Shown piece after piece: positions 17,401 through 24,650 of a stretch of 24,650 bases of DNA (its first letter is position 1; every line of letters starts with the position of its first letter). The notes beneath the pieces are model-generated. The model did not search any database. It was not told the origin of the DNA and saw only the letters and a list, made by a program, of their open reading frames with translations. The stretch is from a virus: UHGV virus genome UHGV-0200293; one strand, 5' to 3'. Position numbers and translations under genes: made by a program.

Positions 17401-17977
17401 GCAGCCTCCTGACGCTTCAACTCTTTGAGTTTTGCCCGGTACTCATCACGAATTCGGATGTAGTCTTCACGTTTCCATTTGGGTAATTCGTGCGGCCCCA
17501 TAAGGGCATCAAAGCGGGCCTGGCTGATTTTGGTGATCAGCGCCGGTCGATAGGCAATTAGGTTTCCTGACAGATGGTTATTGCAGGGGGCGCACTGGCG
17601 ATGACAGTTGTCTTCATTAAACCGCAACTCAGGGTTTGCGCCGGTCGTGCGGAAGTGACCGGCGTGATACTGCCCTTCATGGTGACGCCCACAACTGATG
17701 CATGGCAGATGCCTGTCACGGTAGCGGATGAACTCGTTAAAGGCCTGCTGGGCCTGCTTAATGAAGTAGCTGAGTGGTTTCACTGCCTGACAACGCTCAG
17801 CCAGACGCTTACGTTCGGCCTTCTCCCCCCCAAGTCGGCGCTTTTTATCTTTCCGTTGCTTCTCGGCTTTGGCTGCGTCATTCACGACTAGACGTACTGC
17901 TCATGACGGACCGGGTTAAACCACTCACGGCATACTGTGCATTTTCGGCGAGGGCGCTTTTTCTGATTATTAGCCAT
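17397..17977 (-). pseudogene. NinG/Rap-like recombination protein, frameshifted near the N-terminus
   Basis: Good RBS and ATG at 17975-17977 open a 29-codon frame (RRKCTVCREWFNP...) ending at TAG 17888-17890; the remaining 162 codons (KQAQQAFNEF...LPCISCG...) continue in a different frame from GTG 17885. Confidence 0.5.
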
Positions 17978-17979
17978 AA

Positions 17980-18186
17980 TCACCCCCATCCTTTTTGTCG
18001 GAAGGTTCTCGGCGTCCGCGCCGGACGTTCGCATTCTTGTAATTTCGCGCTGACTGTCCAGGTCAGGAAATCAGGATTGAGGCTCTTTTGGGCTCTGACG
18101 CCGCGAGACTGATAATCGGCAATCAGGCGCTCTGCCTGCTCGGTGGTGCATTCCGTGTGATGAAAATATGAATACTTCATCGCCAT
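17980..18186 (-). CDS. Small nin-region protein (68 aa)
   Basis: ATG overlaps upstream stop (TGATG); ORF-track ORF extends upstream into the neighbouring gene. Confidence 0.4.
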   Translation of the reverse strand: MAMKYSYFHHTECTTEQAERLIADYQSRGVRAQKSLNPDFLTWTVSAKLQECERPARTPRTFRQKGWG

Positions 18187-18785
18187 CACCCCGCAAAGCT
18201 CATAAGCTGGGCGGCGGCATTTTCGGCCTCTTCCCTGCTGTTGAAAGTGCGGGACAAGATCCAGCGCCACAGGACATCGAGTGCGGCCTTATAGAGGTGC
18301 TGGAATTCGGTTTCGTCCATACTGGCGAACGCGATGCTGCGAGGGTGTTTGCGGAGCGTGCCATCTGGTAACTGGATGGCGTCAAAGTGACCGGCCTCAA
18401 CAGTTACCCAGGCCCGGTATGCATCAAAGGATTTACACAGGCTGATTCCGTTCGTGATACGGCGACTGGCGATCTGCTCCAGATACTGCTCGGCAGCATC
18501 CAGCAGAGCGCTTTCATTGCCGCCGTATGAGGCAAGGAATCTGGCATAACCGTTAACGAGTTTGCGTTCATTCGAAGAAATAGCGCCGCCGGTTGGTTCC
18601 CAGTATTCGAACCCGAGATTCAGGAGCGCAAAGAAACGGCGATGAAATGCCGGATTGCGGACAAGCTTAAAGTCGGCAACCAGAACGGAGCCGAGCTTGC
18701 ATTTTGATTGCAGAAAATCACTGGTCTCCGGCGTAGCGGGGATCAGTATTCCGGTCGACTGCTTAATAAGATGTAATTGCGCCAT
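18186..18785 (-). CDS. Phage nin-region protein (DUF1367-like)
   Basis: 199 aa; family assignment from memory; position upstream of NinG. Confidence 0.4.
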   Translation of the reverse strand: MAQLHLIKQSTGILIPATPETSDFLQSKCKLGSVLVADFKLVRNPAFHRRFFALLNLGFEYWEPTGGAISSNERKLVNGYARFLASYGGNESALLDAAEQYLEQIASRRITNGISLCKSFDAYRAWVTVEAGHFDAIQLPDGTLRKHPRSIAFASMDETEFQHLYKAALDVLWRWILSRTFNSREEAENAAAQLMSFAG

Positions 18786-18822
18786 GGTTGTTCACTCCGT
18801 GGCGCAGCAGGTTAACGGCTGT

Positions 18823-19071
18823 TCAGACCGTTGATTTCATATTATCAGAAGGTGGCGTTACCCGGTAGCCGAGACGGCGAATAAATTGCATAAAGCCATT
18901 GGGAGTAAAGACTTCTTCATCATCCAGCAAAGGCCGCATGGAAACCATGCCATTGACGCGATAGATAAGATGCCTGCCCGACGAAGGAAAGCTAAACACC
19001 ACGCAGCCGTCAGACCGTCTTACAATGTCATACCAGTTATCTTCTGACGTTTGCAAAGCTGAATTACTCAC
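18823..19071 (-). CDS. Hypothetical phage protein (82 aa), GTG start
   Basis: RBS AGGGAGA about 7 nt before GTG. Confidence 0.35.
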   Translation of the reverse strand: MSNSALQTSEDNWYDIVRRSDGCVVFSFPSSGRHLIYRVNGMVSMRPLLDDEEVFTPNGFMQFIRRLGYRVTPPSDNMKSTV

Positions 19072-19187
19072 ATTCTGTTCTCCCTTCGAGCGACATACAG
19101 ACGCGGTTAAAAATTGTCGGCAGCAGCATCAAAGGGATACGCAAATTGCGGTATTCTGAAAAATGCGCGCCAGCCCCAAGCGCAATG

Positions 19188-19421
19188 TTAGTAAAACCAG
19201 TCGTCAGCGCTTTCCCAGGTATCCTGGAGAATCTCCTCAATGCACTGCTTATCCCCTTTTTCACCCCCCAGAATACTCAGGCCGTCAGCTCCGGCGCGAC
19301 GAACTGTCAGTTTCACATCTTCATAGCTCTGACTGAGTCTGCGTAACAGTTCAGCTTCTAATGCTAGCACTGCGCCATCAGGAAGTTTCTTAGTACGATC
19401 AATGGTTAATTCAATTTTCAT
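19188..19421 (-). CDS. DinI-family protein (prophage copy)
   Basis: MKIELTIDRTKKLPDGAVLALEAELLRR...DKQCIEEILQDTWESADDWF aligns along its length with E. coli DinI as I recall it. Confidence 0.75.
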   Translation of the reverse strand: MKIELTIDRTKKLPDGAVLALEAELLRRLSQSYEDVKLTVRRAGADGLSILGGEKGDKQCIEEILQDTWESADDWFY

Positions 19422-19441
19422 AATGGGCTCCACCACGAAAA

Positions 19442-19457
19442 CTGTATATTTATACAG
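19442..19457. promoter_or_regulatory. LexA (SOS) box upstream of the dinI homologue
   Basis: CTGTATATTTATACAG fits CTGT-N8-ACAG; lies 21-36 nt upstream of the dinI-like ATG. Confidence 0.6.
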
Positions 19458-19530
19458 CACACCTATAAATCAGAATGATCAACGATTTAAGAGCACGAAT
19501 AGTTAACCTGCAGACACAAATTCCAGGCGT

Positions 19531-19552
19531 AAAAAAACCCGCCGAAGCGGGG
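19531..19552 (-). terminator. Intrinsic terminator (minus strand)
   Basis: Minus-strand RNA CCCCGC-UUCG-GCGGG followed by UUUUUUU. Confidence 0.55.
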
Positions 19553-19559
19553 TTAATCA

Positions 19560-19772
19560 TTAAGAGCATCGCGCCCTGGCTTTAATTTCTTGTCTTCCCA
19601 TACCGTGGTACCTGCGCTGATGACCACACATCCAACAGGAGCACAGACATGGTGTATGGTAGACCTTACCAAATGCAACTGGCCCACCAGAACACGCATT
19701 GCGGTAATGTCTGCGTTTTGATTTAAGCCTTGCAGCATGATGTCGGCGCAGAGCGCGCTTTTGTGATTTCAT
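19560..19772 (-). CDS. Small basic Cys/His-rich protein (70 aa), possibly zinc-binding
   Basis: RBS GGAG 7 nt before ATG; HTPCLCSCWMCGH cluster; an overlapping alternative frame (19553..19738) lacks an RBS. Confidence 0.3.
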   Translation of the reverse strand: MKSQKRALRRHHAARLKSKRRHYRNACSGGPVAFGKVYHTPCLCSCWMCGHQRRYHGMGRQEIKARARCS

Positions 19773-19913
19773 AACAGAACTCCGTAAATTTTATCGGAGC
19801 GGCCACACCTTCGCATAGCCGCCTGAACGGGAGCTCTGAATAGATTATTTTTCTCATTCTATTAATATGACATTAAAATATTCTGGACTAAAAAATAGCC
19901 TCATCGGGTTAGT

Positions 19914-20114
19914 TTACGGACGTGGATGCATCTTTCTCCATCGCTTCCAGAAACCATATTCTTGCCTAATATTGCTCTCGCAAGTAAGCCTTCCATACTT
20001 CGTTGTCGGTGGGTTAGCTATGATGCTCTCCAGCGATTCTCCAGCATCAAGGCGAGCATAAATTATGTAATCAGCCGCATTCGGATTTTTTGGCTCTGCC
20101 TTTCCAACACTCAT
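19914..20114 (-). CDS. Small putative HTH DNA-binding protein (66 aa), Ner/Cro-like?
   Basis: RBS AGGAGG 4 nt before internal ATG; ADYIIYARLDAGESLESIIA weakly resembles the Ner/Nlp HTH; first gene next to the divergent regulatory region. Confidence 0.3.
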   Translation of the reverse strand: MSVGKAEPKNPNAADYIIYARLDAGESLESIIANPPTTKYGRLTCESNIRQEYGFWKRWRKMHPRP

Positions 20115-20139
20115 GAATCCTCCTGACACTCAATGATAC

Positions 20140-20165
20140 GTGCTCTCTGATGTTATGGAGAGCAC
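20140..20165. promoter_or_regulatory. Inverted repeat GTGCTCTC-N10-GAGAGCAC in the 5' leader of the 66-aa gene
   Basis: Perfect 8-bp arms read from sequence. Confidence 0.4.
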
Positions 20166-20290
20166 ATCAGCGTAAACAAATATTATTAGGCCACGGTCTC
20201 TTTCAATACTAGGGCCTCGTCGAACGGCTGCGGCACAGCATTACCGCAGCGGGAAACCCTGCGTGGTAGATTTCGTGCAGTTGAAACATT

Positions 20291-20317
20291 AGTAATGAAG
20301 TCTGTCACTTCATTACT
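20291..20317. promoter_or_regulatory. Inverted repeat AGTAATGAAGT-CTGTC-ACTTCATTACT
   Basis: Perfect 11-bp arms, plus a third partial copy (GAAGTAATG) immediately downstream. Confidence 0.4.
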
Positions 20318-20365
20318 GAAGAAGTAATGTAACTATCATATTTTAAATATCTGAAAATAACTATA

Positions 20366-20385
20366 CAATTCAATAAATTGAATTG
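20366..20385. promoter_or_regulatory. 20-bp palindrome CAATTCAAT-AA-ATTGAATTG before the lipoprotein gene
   Basis: Perfect 9-bp arms, 20 bp upstream of the lipoprotein ATG. Confidence 0.4.
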
Positions 20386-20405
20386 CAGCATGACGGGAAA
20401 CATAT

Positions 20406-20810
20406 ATGATAAAATTTTTAATGTTGATTGTGGTGACATTAACCATTGCAGGTTGCTCCCCTCTTGCACCTACAGGCTGTCAGAAAAAAAACGCAATGGA
20501 ATCATGCGAATATAAGAGTTCAGGTAAAGTGTCGGATAAGGATATATATGGATGGTACTCATCCAGAATAAAAAAAGCTTTGGACGCAGCACTTACAGAG
20601 CCCCATGCCTGGAATGGTAAAAGATGTGACGCTCATCTGGATTTCAAAGTCGATGGCACCCTGCAAAATTTTATCGTGAAAGGTGGTGACAAAGATTATT
20701 GCGCTGCATTGCAAAAAGCTTCTGAAAGAGCGACATTCCCGGCGTTTACCGATCGGAGAGTTTACTTTAATATGGGTTCCGCAAGATGGAACTTCGAAGG
20801 TCAGCCATGA
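20406..20810 (+). CDS. Lipoprotein with TolA C-terminal (domain III)-like domain
   Basis: Signal peptide with lipobox LTIAGC; C-terminus GKRCDAHLDFKVDGTLQNFIVKGGDKDYCAALQKA...FPAF aligns with E. coli TolA GKTCTLRIKLAPDGMLLDIKPEGGDPALCQAALAAA...IPKPP (from memory). Confidence 0.6.
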   Translation: MIKFLMLIVVTLTIAGCSPLAPTGCQKKNAMESCEYKSSGKVSDKDIYGWYSSRIKKALDAALTEPHAWNGKRCDAHLDFKVDGTLQNFIVKGGDKDYCAALQKASERATFPAFTDRRVYFNMGSARWNFEGQP

Positions 20811-21093
20811 AAACTATGGTGCGCCGGGAGATCCCCGGCGTTCTCAACCTGAGAAAAAACCATTTTCACTTCTGCTGGTCAAACAGCTTCCTCAACATCC
20901 ACCAGCAGCAGGTTTTCCAGCTCTATAATCCGATTGGTGGTGTATTGCAGAAGTTGATCCATCATGCCTCCTGCTGCGGTGCTGCTGGCAGTGGCATCCA
21001 GTGAGTTGGCTTGCAATAAACACCACCACCATTCGGAAGTGATGCAAACCTAAACCATCCATCTGTTTCATTGTGCTCAATGTATCCGACCAT

Positions 21094-21381
21094 CTACTCT
21101 TTCTTATCAGCGCAGTAAACCTGAACATCAACATCGCGATCCGGCATCCGCTCGCTTACCGGAATCCATCTGCCTGGCAACTTGTAAGCGTCACTTACAG
21201 GTTCATCGTTCTGAGCATCACGCAGAGCACAAAAGACTTTATTACGCAATTCGTTGAACTCGTCAGAGCGAATAACCCTGCGCCAGTCCAGCGCATGAGC
21301 GTACAGGAAATCACTGGCGAGGTTAGCACCACGACCAGCGCGCAGGAATCGGCAACTAACGTTGATGCCGTTGCCGACGAT
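21094..21381 (-). pseudogene. Remnant of a DUF551-like phage early gene (no start codon, truncated)
   Basis: Minus-frame translation ...LDWRRVIRSDEFNELRNKVFCALRDAQNDEPVSDAYKLPGRWIPVSERMPDRDVDVQVYCADKKE* is open without any usable start; W-I-x-V-S-E-R-M-P motif resembles DUF551. Confidence 0.3.
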
Positions 21382-21705
21382 CTACGCGATCGCATTGATA
21401 CAGCAAGCTCCGTTGTTCAGGCAAAAGCCATTCGCGTGGATATCGAATCACAGAAAGTGTTGCTGGGAACCGCCCTGTACACCGAACTGAAAAATAAGGC
21501 GGTGAAACGTTACTACCAGGTCGATGCGCAGAACAAGGTCGGGGCTGTGATCAACTCACTTCCAAATCCCGGCGAACCGGAAGCCACAGCGATGTTCGCT
21601 AAAGCTGAAAGTACGCTCACCGCAGCCAAACGTCATCTGGGCGATGAACTGTATGACCAGTTCCGCATCACCCTGGACGACATGAAACCGGAATACGTGG
21701 GCTAA
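21295..21705 (+). CDS. Hypothetical early-region protein (about 137 aa, start uncertain)
   Basis: 3' part of ORF-track ORF 21073..21705; upstream part overlaps the minus-strand remnant; weak RBS at the ATG. Confidence 0.3.
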   Translation: MSVQEITGEVSTTTSAQESATNVDAVADDLRDRIDTASSVVQAKAIRVDIESQKVLLGTALYTELKNKAVKRYYQVDAQNKVGAVINSLPNPGEPEATAMFAKAESTLTAAKRHLGDELYDQFRITLDDMKPEYVG

Positions 21706-21744
21706 GGGAGGCGGGAGGGCGGCCCTCCCGTCACAGGGGGTTAT

Positions 21745-21984
21745 ATGCGCCTTATCAATCGCAGTAAGCAATCGCCGTTAGGTCGTCGGGCGTGCGATGC
21801 AGCACTGGCAAAGCATGTTGAACTTTACGGGGAGTTTGGCCGACAGAAAACAAAGACCACTTATACCGTGGCAGTCGACGGCGTGAAGGTGACGGTTGAA
21901 GTTGTTAACCGACACAAGAGCTATGTAGCCACCGCAATGACAGGTATGCGCCGACTGCGCGCACTGCCAGGGCAGATAGCCTGA
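21745..21984 (+). CDS. Hypothetical protein (79 aa)
   Basis: RBS AGGGGG 4 nt before ATG; preceded by a GC hairpin GGGAGGG-CGG-CCCTCCC. Confidence 0.35.
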   Translation: MRLINRSKQSPLGRRACDAALAKHVELYGEFGRQKTKTTYTVAVDGVKVTVEVVNRHKSYVATAMTGMRRLRALPGQIA

Positions 21985-22048
21985 TAACGAATTATCAATG
22001 TCACAACACCGGCGCATCTATACTGGCGCCGGTTACCTGAGGTGAACT

Positions 22049-22264
22049 ATGTCACAGGTAATTTTTAACGAAGAGTGGGTTGTTGAGTCCAGACTTACCG
22101 AAAGAACAGGGCTTACTGAAGGACAGATTAAAAATTATCGCCTGAAGCTATGGGTTGAAGGTGTTCACTTCAAGCGCCTTACTGCGCTTGGACAGACTGA
22201 CAACTCTAAAGGTCTGCTTTGGTACAACTACCCGAAGATTAATCAGTTAGTTCAGGATGCTTAA
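22049..22264 (+). CDS. Excisionase-like protein
   Basis: 71 aa immediately upstream of and overlapping the integrase start; RBS GAGGTG. Confidence 0.5.
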   Translation: MSQVIFNEEWVVESRLTERTGLTEGQIKNYRLKLWVEGVHFKRLTALGQTDNSKGLLWYNYPKINQLVQDA

Positions 22265-23550
22265 TGAAATACCCGACTGGTGTTGAACTGCATAACGGAA
22301 AAATCAGGATCACATTTATCTATCGCGGCATTCGTTGCCGCGAAGTTCTCCAGGGTTGGGTTGTCAACAGTAGCAACATTAAAAAAGCGGGCAATCTGCG
22401 CGCAGCAATTGTGAGTGAGATACAACTCGGTAAGTTCGACTACGCAGATCGTTTCCCGGAATCAAAAGCTCTTAAGAAATTTTCGTCCACAAAACGGATC
22501 TCCACATTCAAAGAACTGAGTGATTTTTTTACAGATACAAAGTCACTGGAGGTATCTGAAGCCACTTTGCTATCCATCACATCAGTCGTTAACACCCTGA
22601 AACGAGTCGTGGGCGAGAACACACGGCTGGTTGATATTCAGCACGCAGATATTCTGAATTACCGCAAAGAACTCCTGACCGGGGAAGTTTTCAACCCTTC
22701 AATACCAAACCGCATCAAAAATGGGCGCGCGCCCTCAACAGTCAATAAACAGATGGCTGTTTTATCAGAAATGCTGAAGCTTGCAAACCGAAGCCAGTTT
22801 ATATTGCATGCTCCTTATGAAGGAGTGTCGCGACTCAAGTTATCTAAAAATGATCCCGACCCACTTTTACTTCATGAGTACCAGGCACTGATAGCCGCCC
22901 TTCCCCGTAGCCAGGCATTAATCATCATTATTGCGGTACATACAGGGATGAGGCCGGGCGAGATATGCGCACTGGCATGGGAAGATATTGATTTGGTAAA
23001 AGGTGAAATCCACGTATCCAGAAATTTGACGAACAAGCAAGTATTTGTACCCCCTAAAACAGATGCCGGGATAAGGACGATAACGTTGCTGAAACCTGCT
23101 CATGATGCTCTGCTGGAGCAATACGAAATCACTGGGAACAGTCCAAAACAGGAAATTCAGTTTCATCATCGTGAGATCGGAAAAACTGAGCAGCAATATC
23201 TTCGCTTCGTTTTTTCACCGACAACATACTCGTCAACGAAAGGCGGTTACTTTTCCAAGGACTCGATTTCGTATGGCTGGAAACGTGGGACTAAACTTTC
23301 AGGTATACGTGAGCGCAATCCATATCAGTCGCGTCACACATATGCCTGCTGGACGCTGATGGCCGGAGCGACCCCGTCGTTCATTGCCAGCCAGATGGGA
23401 CATGAAGATGCGCGGATGGTATACGAGGTTTACTCCAAGTGGATTGGTGATATGAACCAGGATCAGGTCAACATGCTGAACAATCAGATGCCGACAGCAC
23501 TGCCTCCAGGACGCCCCCAAGGGCGAGGGAGTATGAAAAAAGTCATTTAA
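22264..23550 (+). CDS. int: Tyrosine-type site-specific integrase
   Basis: 428 aa; C-terminal catalytic region with SRHTYA and GHEDARMVYEVY; at the prophage end next to the host gene. Confidence 0.85.
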   Translation: MKYPTGVELHNGKIRITFIYRGIRCREVLQGWVVNSSNIKKAGNLRAAIVSEIQLGKFDYADRFPESKALKKFSSTKRISTFKELSDFFTDTKSLEVSEATLLSITSVVNTLKRVVGENTRLVDIQHADILNYRKELLTGEVFNPSIPNRIKNGRAPSTVNKQMAVLSEMLKLANRSQFILHAPYEGVSRLKLSKNDPDPLLLHEYQALIAALPRSQALIIIIAVHTGMRPGEICALAWEDIDLVKGEIHVSRNLTNKQVFVPPKTDAGIRTITLLKPAHDALLEQYEITGNSPKQEIQFHHREIGKTEQQYLRFVFSPTTYSSTKGGYFSKDSISYGWKRGTKLSGIRERNPYQSRHTYACWTLMAGATPSFIASQMGHEDARMVYEVYSKWIGDMNQDQVNMLNNQMPTALPPGRPQGRGSMKKVI

Positions 23551-23620
23551 TTTCATAGCGCTGGTTTCAATCCACATAATCAGCGTTAAACTACTAATAC
23601 CGTTAATTTAGGGAGAAAAG

Positions 23621-24295
23621 ATGATGCGCGTACTGGTTGTCGAAGATAATGCCTTATTACGCCACCACCTGAAGGTTCAATTACAGGATTTGGGGCACCA
23701 GGTTGATGACGCAGAAGATGCAAAGGAAGCCGATTATTATCTTAACGAGCATCTGCCGGACATCGCCATCGTCGATTTAGGCCTCCCGGATGAAGACGGG
23801 CTTTCGCTGATCCGCCGCTGGCGCAGCAATGACGTTTCCCTTCCTGTTCTGGTATTAACCGCCCGTGAGGGCTGGCAGGATAAAGTGGAAGTGCTGAGCG
23901 CCGGCGCCGACGACTACGTGACAAAACCGTTTCATATTGAAGAAGTGGTCGCGCGTATGCAGGCGTTAATGCGCCGCAACAGCGGCCTGGCCTCGCAGGT
24001 TATCTCTATTCCGCCTTTTCAGGTGGATCTCTCCCGCCGTGAATTGTCCGTAAATGATGAAGTGATAAAATTGACGGCGTTTGAATACACCATTATGGAA
24101 ACGCTGATCCGCAATAATGGCAAAGTCGTCAGCAAAGATTCGTTGATGCTACAGCTCTACCCGGATGCGGAACTGCGTGAAAGCCATACCATTGATGTAT
24201 TAATGGGGCGCTTACGCAAAAAAATTCAGGCGCGATATCCTGATGATGTGATTACCACCGTCCGTGGTCAGGGATACCTGTTCGAACTGCGCTAA
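23621..24295 (+). CDS. phoP: Two-component response regulator PhoP
   Basis: Near-identical along its length to enterobacterial PhoP ([19 protein letters not shown]...TVRGQGY.FELR); real start may be the second Met at 23624. Confidence 0.95.
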   Translation: MMRVLVVEDNALLRHHLKVQLQDLGHQVDDAEDAKEADYYLNEHLPDIAIVDLGLPDEDGLSLIRRWRSNDVSLPVLVLTAREGWQDKVEVLSAGADDYVTKPFHIEEVVARMQALMRRNSGLASQVISIPPFQVDLSRRELSVNDEVIKLTAFEYTIMETLIRNNGKVVSKDSLMLQLYPDAELRESHTIDVLMGRLRKKIQARYPDDVITTVRGQGYLFELR

Positions 24296-24650
24296 TGAAT
24301 AAATTACTGCGTCATCTTTTTCCTTTATCGCTGCGCCTGCGCTTTCTGCTGGCGACGGCAGGCGTTGTGCTGGTGCTCTCTCTGGCCTACGGCATGGTCG
24401 CACTGGTTGGCTATAGCGTCAGTTTTGATAAGACAACCTTTCGCCTGTTACGCGGTGAGAGCAACCTTTTCTACACCCTCGCGTCATGGCAAAACAATAA
24501 AATCAATATCGAGATCCCGGAAAATCTCGATATGCAAAGCCCCACGATGACACTGATCTATGATGAGAACGGCAAGTTGTTATGGGCGCAGCGCAACGTT
24601 CCCTGGCTGGAGAAACGTATCCAGCCGGAATGGCTGAAAGCCAACGGTTT
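24295..24650 (+). CDS. phoQ: Sensor kinase PhoQ, N-terminal part (3' end outside window)
   Basis: ATG overlaps phoP stop (TAATG); N-terminus [22 protein letters not shown]...[21 protein letters not shown] matches PhoQ. Confidence 0.9.
   Translation, partial: MNKLLRHLFPLSLRLRFLLATAGVVLVLSLAYGMVALVGYSVSFDKTTFRLLRGESNLFYTLASWQNNKINIEIPENLDMQSPTMTLIYDENGKLLWAQRNVPWLEKRIQPEWLKANG

Larger units (their letters stand above)
1..23550. mobile_element. Cryptic lambdoid prophage with accessory cargo, integrated directly upstream of phoPQ; left end outside window
   Basis: int/xis at the right end, nin-Q-lysis-packaging-head modules on the minus strand, no repressor/replication/tail genes, several interrupted genes, gtrABC at the left. 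Confidence 0.6.

Noticed and set aside
19553-19738. Alternative 61-aa frame overlapping the 70-aa Cys/His-rich ORF
   Set aside because: No Shine-Dalgarno before its ATG, whereas the 70-aa frame has GGAG at good spacing; only one can be real and I cannot decide with certainty.
19780-20400. Possible tRNA or small RNA gene in the roughly 600-bp low-coding region
   Set aside because: I found no cloverleaf-compatible sequence or CCA-ending acceptor stem here or elsewhere in the window; the region is better explained as promoters and operators.
1-24650. CRISPR array or other tandem repeats
   Set aside because: No regularly spaced direct repeats seen; the only recurring elements are the terminator hairpins and operator-like palindromes reported above.

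Overview
The window is almost entirely a degraded, cargo-rich lambdoid prophage, with phoP-phoQ at the right edge. Left to right: a convergent O-antigen glucosylation operon gtrA(partial)-gtrB-gtrC (+ strand, 1-2914); a minus-strand late operon running from Q-like regulator, pinholin/SAR-endolysin/Rz/Rz1, terminase small and large subunits, portal, MuF-like protein, scaffold, decoration and major capsid proteins, head-tail joining genes, and ending abruptly at a tail-tube-like gene (2941-3750); a nin region with NinG-like and DUF1367-like genes; a LexA-box-controlled dinI homologue; a divergent regulatory region; a lipoprotein with a TolA domain-III-like C-terminus; then xis and a tyrosine integrase whose stop lies 70 bp from the phoP start. 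No repressor, replication genes or tail genes beyond the tube are present. The Q-like gene and two late genes each carry an in-frame TAG, and ninG is frameshifted, so the element looks cryptic, while the accessory genes (gtrABC, lipoprotein, dinI-like, several small AT-rich inserts with their own RBS and terminators) look intact. I found no tRNA, rRNA or CRISPR. Product calls come from my recall of protein families and gene order, not from searches. Coordinates not taken from the ORF track may be off by 1-2 nt.
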